Assembly (NCBI GenBank): GCA_028293825.1
Contig: JAQGNY010000015.1
Location: 10,388-74,387, forward strand
DNA from: Verrucomicrobiaceae bacterium
GTDB lineage: Bacteria > Pseudomonadota > Gammaproteobacteria > Pseudomonadales > CAMLJR01
Direction of reading: 5' to 3'
DNA: 64,000 nt
The position numbers and the translations under genes were made by a program. Numbering within the stretch: position 1 is the first letter of the stretch; every line of letters begins with the position of its first letter. The notes under the pieces were generated by a model. That model saw only the letters and a list, made by a program, of their open reading frames with translations, made no database searches and was not told the origin of the DNA. Shown piece by piece: positions 1 through 7,994 of this stretch.

Positions 1-1141
1 TCGACCACAGGTGATGGTTTTCGTGAAGTTTCACGTAGCCTTCAGGTGCAGTTTTAAGTTCGATACCAGGCGATGCTGCAACCACTTTATCGACGTCGAA
101 GCTTCCGGCTTTTTCAACCGCTGCTTTCCACAACCATGGGCCTAGATAACCGGCTTGAGTTACGTCACCGATCACGCTGTCCGCGCCGTATTTCGCTTTA
201 AATGCTGCGACGAAGGCTTTGTTGTTCGGGTTATCCAGCGATTGGAAGTACTTCATCGAAGAATACAAACCTTCGACGTTTTCACCGCCAATACCCAACA
301 CTTCGTCTTCGGTAACCGAGATGGTTAACATGGGTTGTTTTTTGAAGGTAAGACCGGCAGCGTTTAATTGTTTAAACCACGCGACGTTCGAACCGCCCAC
401 TACCGCACCGAATACGAGGTCCGGTTTTTTCAGTTTGATTTTGTTGATCAGCGAACTGAACTGCGTGCTGCCGAGCGGATAATATTCTTCGCCGACTACG
501 GTTCCTTTCAACACATTCTCGATGTGTTTACGTGCAATTTTCATCGAGGTACGCGGCCAAATGTAATCCGAACCGACGAGATAAAATGTTTTCGCGCCCA
601 GTGTTTTGCTGGCCCAATCTAAACTCGCGAGAATTTGCTGGGTAGCTTCCTGACCGGTGTAAAACACATTCTTAGATTGCTCTAAGCCTTCATAAAAAGT
701 CGGGTAATAAAGCAAACCGTTATCGTGCTCGAATACTGGCAACACCGCTTTACGCGATGCCGATGTCCAGCAACCGAACACAGTGGCAACTTTATCTTTC
801 TCCAACAATTTTTTTGCTTTCTCAGCAAATGTTGGCCAGTCGCTGGCGCCATCTTCTTGAATCACTTCAATCTTGCGACCGAGAATACCGCCGGACGCAT
901 TGATCTGATCGATGGCGAGTTTTTCTGCCTCAACCGCGCCGGTTTCGCTGATCGCCATGGTGCCGGTGATCGAGTGCAAAATACCTACGGTTACCGTTTT
1001 ATCGGCAACGGCAAGTCCGGTGGTCATTACTTTCGCTGTTGGATAATCGGCTGCGTGCGTTGCAGCCGCTGTTAATAAGGACGCCCCCAAGACCAATGCG
1101 GCCAAAGCTTTTTTCTTGAACGAATGTATGTTCACAATCAT
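1..1141 (-). CDS. Urea/short-chain-amide ABC transporter periplasmic substrate-binding protein (UrtA/FmdD/AmiC-like). The 3' end runs off the window.
   Basis: Absent from the ORF track because no stop lies inside the window. My minus-strand translation starts at the ATG (complement of cat 1139-1141), with GGGAGA 9 nt upstream. It gives MIVNIHSFKKKALAALVLGASLLTAAATHA (signal peptide) ...VTVGILHSITGTMAISETG...VFGCWTSASRKAVLPVFE...FYLVGSDYIWPRT... and stays open to nt 1. These motifs are typical of the UrtA/FmdD family. Confidence 0.8.
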   Translation of the reverse strand, partial: MIVNIHSFKKKALAALVLGASLLTAAATHAADYPTAKVMTTGLAVADKTVTVGILHSITGTMAISETGAVEAEKLAIDQINASGGILGRKIEVIQEDGASDWPTFAEKAKKLLEKDKVATVFGCWTSASRKAVLPVFEHDNGLLYYPTFYEGLEQSKNVFYTGQEATQQILASLDWASKTLGAKTFYLVGSDYIWPRTSMKIARKHIENVLKGTVVGEEYYPLGSTQFSSLINKIKLKKPDLVFGAVVGGSNVAWFKQLNAAGLTFKKQPMLTISVTEDEVLGIGGENVEGLYSSMKYFQSLDNPNNKAFVAAFKAKYGADSVIGDVTQAGYLGPWLWKAAVEKAGSFDVDKVVAASPGIELKTAPEGYVKLHENHHLWS

Positions 1142-1277
1142 TTTCTAGTTTCTCCCAGCAATTTTGGATTCGGAAATAACTCGGTCGATGAACAATTCAA
1201 TCCGGTACTACTTTGTTCGGCGTATTAAAAATGCTGCATGCAATTTAATAACTGCATACATGCCCACTGGAGGTAAG

Positions 1278-1293
1278 AGCAACGCGTGTGCCA
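1278..1293 (-). promoter_or_regulatory. sigma54 (-24/-12) promoter candidate for the amide-binding-protein gene
   Basis: The minus strand reads TGGCACACGCGTTGCT. It matches TGGCAC-N5-TTGCW at every conserved position with correct GG/GC spacing, about 135 nt upstream of the ATG at 1141. Confidence 0.55.
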
Positions 1294-1469
1294 TAACGAG
1301 TAATTATTTTTATTAGAAAATTGCAGCGTAATATTTTCTCTTCAATACGGCGCACCGCTGCGCGCTGCGAGCAATTTTTAAAGCGTTTTAAAGAAAGACT
1401 ACGCGCCGCAACGGACTGTGCGGCTGCGACTAATTTTTAGTTTCATCGACAAATGACAAGATTGGCACA

Positions 1470-1508
1470 TGACATTGTCAACAATGTCAGTCTCAACATT
1501 GACATTGT
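1470..1508. promoter_or_regulatory. Three copies of the 9-mer TGACATTGT (inverted pair plus a direct copy); candidate activator/UAS site
   Basis: TGACATTGT-ca-ACAATGTCA forms a perfect 9-bp-arm palindrome at 1470-1489. TGACATTGT recurs at 1500-1508, 30 bp from the first copy. The sites lie 100-140 bp upstream of the + strand sigma54 element and between the two divergent promoters. Confidence 0.4.
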
Positions 1509-1523
1509 TACCGCGCACTATTA

Positions 1524-1561
1524 ATTACGCCGCACTCTTTATTGATTACACCGCACTCTTT
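1524..1561. repeat. Two 17-bp direct repeats (ATTACGCCGCACTCTTT / ATTACACCGCACTCTTT) with 21-bp period
   Basis: Seen directly at 1524-1540 and 1545-1561, with 16/17 identity. The period equals two helical turns, and the repeats lie 50-85 bp upstream of the sigma54 -24 element at 1610. Confidence 0.5.
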
Positions 1562-1609
1562 CGCGCCAAATCCGTGCTTAACGCCGCGAAATCGCCCCTT
1601 TATTTTCTC

Positions 1610-1625
1610 TGGCACGGTCTGTGCT
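1610..1625 (+). promoter_or_regulatory. sigma54 (-24/-12) promoter candidate for fmdA-fmdB
   Basis: TGGCACGGTCTGTGCT matches TGGCACG-N4-TTGCW with a single mismatch (G for the first T of TTGC). GG/GC spacing is correct. It lies about 180 nt upstream of the fmdA ATG. Confidence 0.55.
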
Positions 1626-1805
1626 CTTTCTCTCGCAGTGTTTTGCAGCGCTGATTTGGCGCAGCGATAAATAATGTCGCACTGCAATGCCGATTTTTTC
1701 ACACACTTTTATCGATTCAATTTATGTGCAAAACGACATTTGTTTTTTTGTACTGAAAATTGCAATGGCTTTATTTCGTCAGCATCACTGACTTGGGAGA
1801 TCGCT

Positions 1806-3032
1806 ATGACTGATACGCTCGTGAAAATCGACTTTTCAAAAAAGCCGGAAGAGCATCCGTGTATTCACAATCGCTGGCACCCGGATATTCCGATGATCGC
1901 CTGGGTGAAACCCGGCGACGATTTTGTTGTTGAATGTATGGATTGGACCGGCGGACAAATTCACAACGATGATTGCGCCGACGATGTGCGCGATGTCGAT
2001 TTAACCAAGGTCCATTATTTAAGCGGACCAATCGGTATTGAAGGTGCAGAGCCTGGCGATTTGTTGGTTGTCGATATTTTGGATATCGGCACTCTGGATC
2101 AATTTAAATGGGGCTTTAACGGTTTCTTCGCCAAAGAAAACGGCGGTGGATTTCTCGATCAACATTTTCCCGATGCGCACAAATCGATTTGGGATTTCAA
2201 AGGGATTTACGCTTCGTCGCGCCATATTCCGGGCGTTAATTTCGCCGGCATCATGCATCCCGGTTTAATCGGTTGCCTGCCATCGAAAGCATTGCTCGAT
2301 ACTTGGAATAAACGCGAAAACGCACTCGCGGCAACCGGTCCCGGTTTGTGCGCACCGTGCGCACCCGAAACCGCGCACATGGGCCAGATGAAGCCGGATG
2401 CGGCTAAAGCTGCAGCGCAAGAAGCTGCACGCACAGTTCCACCGCGCGAGCACGGCGGCAACTGCGACATCAAGGATTTAACCAAAGGTTCGAAAGTGTA
2501 TTTTCCGGTGTATGTGAAAGGCGGCGGCCTGTCGATGGGCGATTTGCACTTCTCTCAAGGCGACGGCGAAATCACCTTCTGCGGCGCTATCGAAATGGCC
2601 GGCTGGATTCATATCAAAGTCGACATCATCAAAGGCGGCATTGCTAAATACGGCGTGAAAAATCCAATTTTCAAACCGAGCCCAATGAAACCGGATTACA
2701 AAAATTATCTTATTTTCGAAGGTATTTCGGTCGATGAAAGCGGCAAGCAATATTTCCTCGACGCACACGTTGCGTATCGTCAAGCGTGTTTGAATGCCAT
2801 CGAATATATGAAGAAATTCGGCTACAGCGGTGCGCAGGCTTACGCGATTCTCGGCTGTGCGCCGGTGGAAGGGCATATCAGCGGCATCGTCGATATTCCG
2901 AATGCGTGCGCAACATTATTTTTACCGACCGATATTTTCGACGGCGACATCAATCCGAACAAAGACGGACCGGTGCCGTTTGTGGGCGGCGGCATGGGCG
3001 TGCCGATCTCTTATTGGAAAGACAAAAAGTAA
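1806..3032 (+). CDS. fmdA: Formamidase (acetamidase/formamidase family)
   Basis: Internal ATG at 1806, preceded by GGGAGA, within ORF 1674-3032. The 408-aa product MTDTLVKIDFSKKPEEHPCIHNRWHPDIPMIAWVKPGDDFVVECMDWTGGQI... has the length and N-terminus typical of FmdA. It is followed by an FmdB-type zinc-ribbon gene, as in Methylophilus fmdAB. Confidence 0.9.
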   Translation: MTDTLVKIDFSKKPEEHPCIHNRWHPDIPMIAWVKPGDDFVVECMDWTGGQIHNDDCADDVRDVDLTKVHYLSGPIGIEGAEPGDLLVVDILDIGTLDQFKWGFNGFFAKENGGGFLDQHFPDAHKSIWDFKGIYASSRHIPGVNFAGIMHPGLIGCLPSKALLDTWNKRENALAATGPGLCAPCAPETAHMGQMKPDAAKAAAQEAARTVPPREHGGNCDIKDLTKGSKVYFPVYVKGGGLSMGDLHFSQGDGEITFCGAIEMAGWIHIKVDIIKGGIAKYGVKNPIFKPSPMKPDYKNYLIFEGISVDESGKQYFLDAHVAYRQACLNAIEYMKKFGYSGAQAYAILGCAPVEGHISGIVDIPNACATLFLPTDIFDGDINPNKDGPVPFVGGGMGVPISYWKDKK

Positions 3033-3051
3033 TTTATTAATTATTGTTTTT

Positions 3052-3087
3052 GCAGACTGATGCCCGTGGGCGCAGTCTGCTGTTTTT
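3052..3087 (+). terminator. Intercistronic rho-independent terminator/attenuator hairpin between fmdA and fmdB
   Basis: GCAGACTG at 3052-3059 pairs with CAGTCTGC at 3073-3080. An inner GCCC/GGGC pair extends the stem. The hairpin is followed by TGTTTTT, and the fmdB RBS CAGGAG comes directly after. Confidence 0.6.
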
Positions 3088-3099
3088 CAGGAGCGCGTT

Positions 3100-3414
3100 A
3101 TGCCTGTCTACGAATATTTTTGTGAGAATTGTCAGGACGATTTTTCGGTACTGCAACCGATGTCGCGCTGCAGCGATCCAGCACCATGCCCCGATTGCGA
3201 GCGCAGTGCAGCACGCGTAATTTCCGCACCGCGTTTGAACACAATGCGCGGTGATATTCGCTCCGCGCATCAGGTCAACGAACGGAGTGCGCATCAGCCG
3301 AAGATGACACAGGGCCATCGTTGCGGCGCGGGTTGCTCGCATCAAGCTGAAGATGCAAAACCAAAATTGAAACAGGCAAGTGGCGTGAAGCGACCGTGGA
3401 TGATTGGCCACTAA
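3100..3414 (+). CDS. fmdB: FmdB-family putative regulatory zinc-ribbon protein
   Basis: MPVYEYFCENCQDDFSVLQPMS...PCPDCERSAARVISAP carries the CxxC...CxxC signature (MPxYEYxCxxC) of the FmdB family, directly downstream of formamidase. Confidence 0.8.
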   Translation: MPVYEYFCENCQDDFSVLQPMSRCSDPAPCPDCERSAARVISAPRLNTMRGDIRSAHQVNERSAHQPKMTQGHRCGAGCSHQAEDAKPKLKQASGVKRPWMIGH

Positions 3415-3705
3415 TCACTGCTTGAGAGAATTATTCAATACAAAAAACCGGCAATTTAAAATTGATTCTGGGAGAGTTGAGTACTTAGAGAATTGAGAAC
3501 CATTGAAAACTGAATGGCTTGAAACTGAAAGACATGAAAATTAGCGTTTTGAAATTAATAGCCGCAAAAAATACTGCGAAAGCTTACATGCCGAATGCCG
3601 AAGAAATTATTGAGCGCGGAATTTAATTTTACGAAGGCCAGAAACAACACTGCCCGCAAAGCCGAAGGCGATGCGGGCAGCTGTATAAATCAGCGAACTA
3701 ATTAA

Positions 3706-3996
3706 TTAGTCACCGCTGGTATCTTTGCATGCCATTTTAGCTGCGCGAATTTGTTTCTTGTCGCAATTGTCTTTGGAGTCTTTGCCGACACACCAATTTT
3801 TACGTTGATCCCATGCCGTCAGCGGCTCTTCTTTGCCATCCGAACATTTAACAACATAGCTTGCGTAGTCTTGTCCGTCTGGCGCCTTGCCATCCGAAAC
3901 GAAGGTGATGCTGGTGGGTTTAGATGCAAGTGCAGTCATCGAAAATACTAAGCAGCTCGCAACAGCGACAGTCTTCAGAACACTTTTCATAATCAC
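3706..3996 (-). CDS. Small secreted Cys/Lys/Asp-rich hypothetical protein
   Basis: 96-aa ORF with an N-terminal signal peptide (MKSVLKTVAVASCLVFSMTALA) and a mature part with five Cys. GGAG-type RBS (aaaggagtgattATG). It sits in an AT-rich gap, with a hairpin CTGCCCGC...GCGGGCAG at 3651-3681 downstream. No family recognised. Confidence 0.55.
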   Translation of the reverse strand: MIMKSVLKTVAVASCLVFSMTALASKPTSITFVSDGKAPDGQDYASYVVKCSDGKEEPLTAWDQRKNWCVGKDSKDNCDKKQIRAAKMACKDTSGD

Positions 3997-4270
3997 TCCT
4001 TTAGGGTGCAGCGGATTAAATATTTGTTGAACGAATTCTAAGTGGCACCTACCGTAATTGCCAATAGCGCGGGACTCGTTAAAGCGTGGCGGGCGTAAAA
4101 TTCTGCCGGCAGACTACTGCATAAAACCATGATTTAAAAGCAATAAATTCGCACTTCGAGAAGGGAATGTAACTAAATTACTTATATTTAATTACGCATT
4201 GTTAATATCGTTCGAGCCATCTTTACCGCAAAAACAATATAAATCGACGCGCGCTCAAAAATGCAACAAT

Positions 4271-5032
4271 TTAAAGCGCAACTTGTTGTACATGTTGACG
4301 CTGCATTTGCATGATCATGCGCTCGAGCGAGCGTTGCTCTTGCTTCGGCAAATCGCGAAACGCAGCGCCGATCACAAAACGATCACCGCGATCGTGATTC
4401 ATCACACTACGCACATCGGCAATGCAACGGTAATTGCGCCCGGCAAATTCGAATTGTAAATCCTCAAGTACATCGCCTTCGTTTAATGGCAAAGGTTTCT
4501 GCAGCTCCAAACGAATACCGGTTGAAGACAGATCGCGCACGCGTGCAGAACATTGTTGTTGATCGGGCGCACGAAATTCCGATACCACCGCCCAACTCTG
4601 TCCCAGCTGCAAGCGAAATGCGCCGCGTCGCTGGTTGTAATCGAGCGTCGCCGGCAATGCCAGCGCATAACTATCGATAGAATTGTCATCGTCGCGACGC
4701 GCAGTGATGTGCGTATTAAAAGTGAGACGTCGCGCGCCATCCAAACGCACCGTGACCGTTACCGGCTGACCGGGAATACCGACGAAGCCTGCGGGAAATA
4801 ATTCATCGATAGTAATTGCACCACGCTGCGGATCGACATCGAGAATAATGCTCTGATAGTGAGCATCGACGCCGTCTATCGCGACATCAATCAGTGCATG
4901 CGAACGCTGCACATCGAACAGATTCAGATAAATTTCACGTACCGCACGCATGTCGTCAGTCGGCGCAGCCGCTTCTGTTTCCGGCAACGCTGACGTTATC
5001 GACGATGATCGCTTGAACCAACGACGCAACAT
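4271..5032 (-). CDS. YcgR-like PilZ-domain c-di-GMP receptor (PilZN + PilZ)
   Basis: The 253-aa product contains RRGAFR (RxxxR) and DLSSTG (DxSxxG), the c-di-GMP binding motifs, in its C-terminal half. Strong AGGAG RBS before the ATG at 5032. Confidence 0.8.
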   Translation of the reverse strand: MLRRWFKRSSSITSALPETEAAAPTDDMRAVREIYLNLFDVQRSHALIDVAIDGVDAHYQSIILDVDPQRGAITIDELFPAGFVGIPGQPVTVTVRLDGARRLTFNTHITARRDDDNSIDSYALALPATLDYNQRRGAFRLQLGQSWAVVSEFRAPDQQQCSARVRDLSSTGIRLELQKPLPLNEGDVLEDLQFEFAGRNYRCIADVRSVMNHDRGDRFVIGAAFRDLPKQEQRSLERMIMQMQRQHVQQVAL

Positions 5033-5222
5033 GACAAAACTCCTGCGGTTTTAACCGGCGGGTGCGCGGACTTGAACTATCCGCTGCAAAAATGCGACCT
5101 GGGCCGAACTCTATCATAAATTTTGCGCGCCTCGTTTGACCGATGCCAACCCCGTTTCCATACTTGCGCAGCCGCTTGGAAGCAGCGGCTTCATCAATTA
5201 ATCCGACCTGGGAACGCTGCAC

Positions 5223-5795
5223 ATGTCTATCGGTACTCTGATCCTGCTCGCCGTCATCGTTATTGCTGTGGTGTATTCGGTGCTGATTTACAACGGTTTG
5301 GTCGCGCTTAAACACAATGTGGCAAAGAGTCTGGCGAATATCGATGTGCTGCTGAAACAGCGTCACGACGAGCTGCCGAAACTTGTCGACACCTGCAAGC
5401 AGTACATGCAATACGAACAATCAACATTGGAACGCGTAATCGGCGCGCGCTCGCAGGTCGCACGCGCGCAGCAAAATGGCGACATAAAAGCACTCGGCAC
5501 CGCCGAAGGCGAATTGCGCGCAGGGCTCGGTCAATTATTTGCCCTGGCGGAAAATTATCCCGATTTAAAAACCAACGAAACTTTTCGGCAATTGCCGCAG
5601 CGTATTTCGGGCCTGGAGAACGCCATTGCCGATCGTCGCGAAATTTATAACGAAGCCGTGAATAACAACAATGTGCGGCGCGAGCAATTTCCTGATGCGG
5701 TGCTGGCGAAATTCGGTAACTTTCCCGCATTCACTTTGCTGCAATTTTCTGCGACGGAAAAAACCGATATCGATGTCGCTGCGCTTTTTAAATAA
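5223..5795 (+). CDS. lemA: LemA family membrane protein
   Basis: 190-aa product with an N-terminal TM helix followed by YNGLVALKHNV...IDVLLKQRHDELPKLV...ENYPDLKTNETFRQL...ENAIADRREIYNEAVNNNN, the typical LemA signature. Confidence 0.85.
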   Translation: MSIGTLILLAVIVIAVVYSVLIYNGLVALKHNVAKSLANIDVLLKQRHDELPKLVDTCKQYMQYEQSTLERVIGARSQVARAQQNGDIKALGTAEGELRAGLGQLFALAENYPDLKTNETFRQLPQRISGLENAIADRREIYNEAVNNNNVRREQFPDAVLAKFGNFPAFTLLQFSATEKTDIDVAALFK

Positions 5796-5801
5796 TCGCG
5801 C

Positions 5802-6695
5802 ATGAATTTTTCTTTGTTATGGCCGCCGCTGATTATCGCGGGCGCGGGTATTGCCGGCATCGCGTCAATGGCGATCAATTTGCGCAAAGCCCGCACGATC
5901 GAAGATACGCCGCTGGCAAAAATTCGCTCTGCCGCGCAGGGCTATGTGGGTATCAGTGGATTTGCGCGCGCGCTCGACAGCGACTTACTTAAAGCGCCGC
6001 TCAGCGGAAAAAACTGCGTGTGGTATCGCTACACCATCGAGCGCTATGAGAGCAGTAATCGACGCGCCAGCTCCGACTGGAGCACTGTCGAAAGCGGCAG
6101 CAGCGAGCAGTTGTTTGCGCTCGATGACAACACCGGCGTTTGTCATATCGACCCACGCCGCGCCGATGTAACCACGGACATAAAACAGCGCTGGGAAGGC
6201 GATCAGCGCCACCCGGTGAACGGCGCAGCGCCTTCGTTATTGGGCGGCCTATTCGGCCAAAAATACCGCTACACCGAATTTCGTATTCATCCCGATGAAT
6301 GGGTTTATGCGCTGGGCTGGTACGAAACGCTGCACGCGCCGTCATGGATGGAGCGCACGGCAGCGCAAACCAAATTGTTGCTCAATCAGTGGAAGCAAAA
6401 TCGCGACACGCTGCTGGCGCAGTTCGATCGCAACGGCGATGGCGCTATCGATATGCAGGAGTGGGAACAAGCGCGCCAAGCTGCGCAACGAATTGCACAG
6501 CAGCAAGTGCAGCAACAGCCCGAACAACCGCCGATTAATGTGATCAGCGAAACACCGTTGCGCGATAAACCCTTTTTAATTGCCAGCACCGATCCGCGCG
6601 AACTTGCCAGTCGCTATCGGCGCAATGCCGTAATTGCATTGTTGGCTGGATTAGGTTTCTCCGCATTCGCACTCTGGAATTTTTACTACCGCTAG
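5802..6695 (+). CDS. Two-TM GIDE-like (MUL1 middle-domain-like) membrane protein with an embedded EF-hand loop
   Basis: Starts 6 nt after the lemA stop. N-terminal TM (LLWPPLIIAGAGIAGIASMAI) and C-terminal TM (AVIALLAGLGFSAFALWNFYY). The central region ...GYVGISGFA...LSGKNCVWYRYTIERYE...ALDDNTGVCHIDP... resembles bacterial GIDE-domain proteins that pair with LemA. DRNGDGAIDMQE (nt 6426-6461) is a canonical DxNxDGxIDxxE calcium loop. Confidence 0.7.
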   Translation: MNFSLLWPPLIIAGAGIAGIASMAINLRKARTIEDTPLAKIRSAAQGYVGISGFARALDSDLLKAPLSGKNCVWYRYTIERYESSNRRASSDWSTVESGSSEQLFALDDNTGVCHIDPRRADVTTDIKQRWEGDQRHPVNGAAPSLLGGLFGQKYRYTEFRIHPDEWVYALGWYETLHAPSWMERTAAQTKLLLNQWKQNRDTLLAQFDRNGDGAIDMQEWEQARQAAQRIAQQQVQQQPEQPPINVISETPLRDKPFLIASTDPRELASRYRRNAVIALLAGLGFSAFALWNFYYR

Positions 6696-6733
6696 CCTTA
6701 CAGTGGCGCCCTCTTCTTCACGACGATTTATTA

Positions 6734-7780
6734 ATGCCTACGGAAATCGAACCGATACGCTGGCGCGGCGACCATCTCGAATTACTCGATCAGCGTCTAT
6801 TGCCCGACGTGGAAATGTATCGCGCCTATCACGATACCAGCGCAGTGGCCGACGCCATTCGCACGATGGTGGTACGCGGCGCGCCAGCCATTGGCATAAC
6901 TGCAGCATACGCAATGGCACTAGCTGCGCAGCATTTAAAGAGTAACGAAGCGGACGTGTGGCATTCGGCACTCGAACCCGCGCTGCAACAATTGGCCGCT
7001 TCGCGCCCCACCGCAGTGAATTTATTTTGGGCGTTGGATCGCGCGCGCGAAGTAATCGCTGCGGGTGGCGATGTGCGTGCACGGCTGTTGGATTTGGCAC
7101 TGACAATTCATCGCAACGACATCGCCAACAATCGCCGTATCGGTGATTTCGGCGCCGCACTGATCGAAGCAAACAGCAACGTGTATACGCACTGCAACGC
7201 GGGCGCATTGGCAACGGGCGGTTACGGCACCGCATTGGGCGTGATTCGATCGGCCTTTCGCGGCGGCAAAATCGCGCATGTTTATGCCGGCGAAACGCGA
7301 CCGTGGTTGCAGGGCGCACGTTTAACCAGCTGGGAATTAATGCACGATAATATTCCGTGCACGCTCAACGTCGACGGCGCCGCCAGCTGGATCATGCAAC
7401 AGAAAAATATTCGGTGGATTATTGTCGGCGCCGATCGCATCGCTGCCAATGGCGACGTCGCCAATAAAATCGGCACGCACAATCTGGCCATCATCGCGCG
7501 CCACTGCGGCGTACGTTTTATGGTCGCGGCGCCGACCAATACTTTCGATTTAACAGCGGCAACCGGCGCGGCGATCCCGATCGAGCAACGCGATGCAAAT
7601 GAAATCACTCACTGGCAGCAAGGCGAATTAACACCGCCGAATTGCGCGGCAATCAACCCCGCATTCGATGTCACCACCGCAGAATTAATTGATGCGATCG
7701 TTACCGAGCACGGTGTCATTGAGCAGCCGAACCGCGAAAAAATCGCGGCGCATTTTGCGGCGTTTAATCGCTCGCACTAA
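6734..7780 (+). CDS. mtnA: S-methyl-5-thioribose-1-phosphate isomerase
   Basis: 348-aa product IRWRGDHLELLDQRLLP...VVRGAPAIGITAAYA...YTHCNAGALATGGYGTALGVIR...IIVGADRIAANGDVANKIGT, the MtnA/eIF-2B family signature. Confidence 0.9.
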   Translation: MPTEIEPIRWRGDHLELLDQRLLPDVEMYRAYHDTSAVADAIRTMVVRGAPAIGITAAYAMALAAQHLKSNEADVWHSALEPALQQLAASRPTAVNLFWALDRAREVIAAGGDVRARLLDLALTIHRNDIANNRRIGDFGAALIEANSNVYTHCNAGALATGGYGTALGVIRSAFRGGKIAHVYAGETRPWLQGARLTSWELMHDNIPCTLNVDGAASWIMQQKNIRWIIVGADRIAANGDVANKIGTHNLAIIARHCGVRFMVAAPTNTFDLTAATGAAIPIEQRDANEITHWQQGELTPPNCAAINPAFDVTTAELIDAIVTEHGVIEQPNREKIAAHFAAFNRSH

Positions 7781-7994
7781 TGTTGAAAGCGCCGACGCAA
7801 AGTCGACACCGACTAATCGGTCAAGGGCTTTCGTAGTTGTGCGGAACTCGTCGGGAGGATTTCATCTTCCCCAGCAACAAGGCCGGTTGCGTGGATATTG
7901 TCTAAGGGAAATGGAGGCTAGACGAGTCGCTGGTTCACTTCTGGTAACCTGCTCTAGGCGGCTTATGACGGGTCGACAATTAAGTGAGGATAAT

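Noticed and set aside
1635-1700. Possible leader terminator/antiterminator upstream of fmdA (T6 run at 1694-1699), by analogy with AmiR-controlled amiE
   Set aside because: I could not find a stable GC-rich stem immediately preceding the T-run; only scattered 6-bp pairings (GCAGTG/CACTGC) are present. No AmiR-like gene is present either.
3420-3560. Run of TTGA/TGAAA-containing words that looked like a phased repeat or binding-site array
   Set aside because: Spacings are irregular (10, 16, 16 and 30 nt) and no consistent unit can be defined. This is probably low-complexity AT-rich sequence.
3534-3626. 30-codon ORF (MKISVLKLIAAKNTAKAYMPNAEEIIERGI) in the AT-rich gap
   Set aside because: It has no convincing RBS, is very short, and lies in AT-rich sequence where such ORFs arise by chance. 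It is not reported as a gene.
4043-4061. TGGCAC...TTGC resembling a sigma54 promoter
   Set aside because: The GG-to-GC distance is 16 nt instead of 12, and the element points (+ strand) towards the 3' end of a minus-strand gene, so there is nothing to transcribe.
7689-7994. N-terminal 102-codon extension of the GvpU-like ORF (TTG start at 7689)
   Set aside because: It overlaps the last 92 nt of mtnA and its translation is Arg/Ser-rich. A canonical ATG with a GAGGA RBS is available at 7995.
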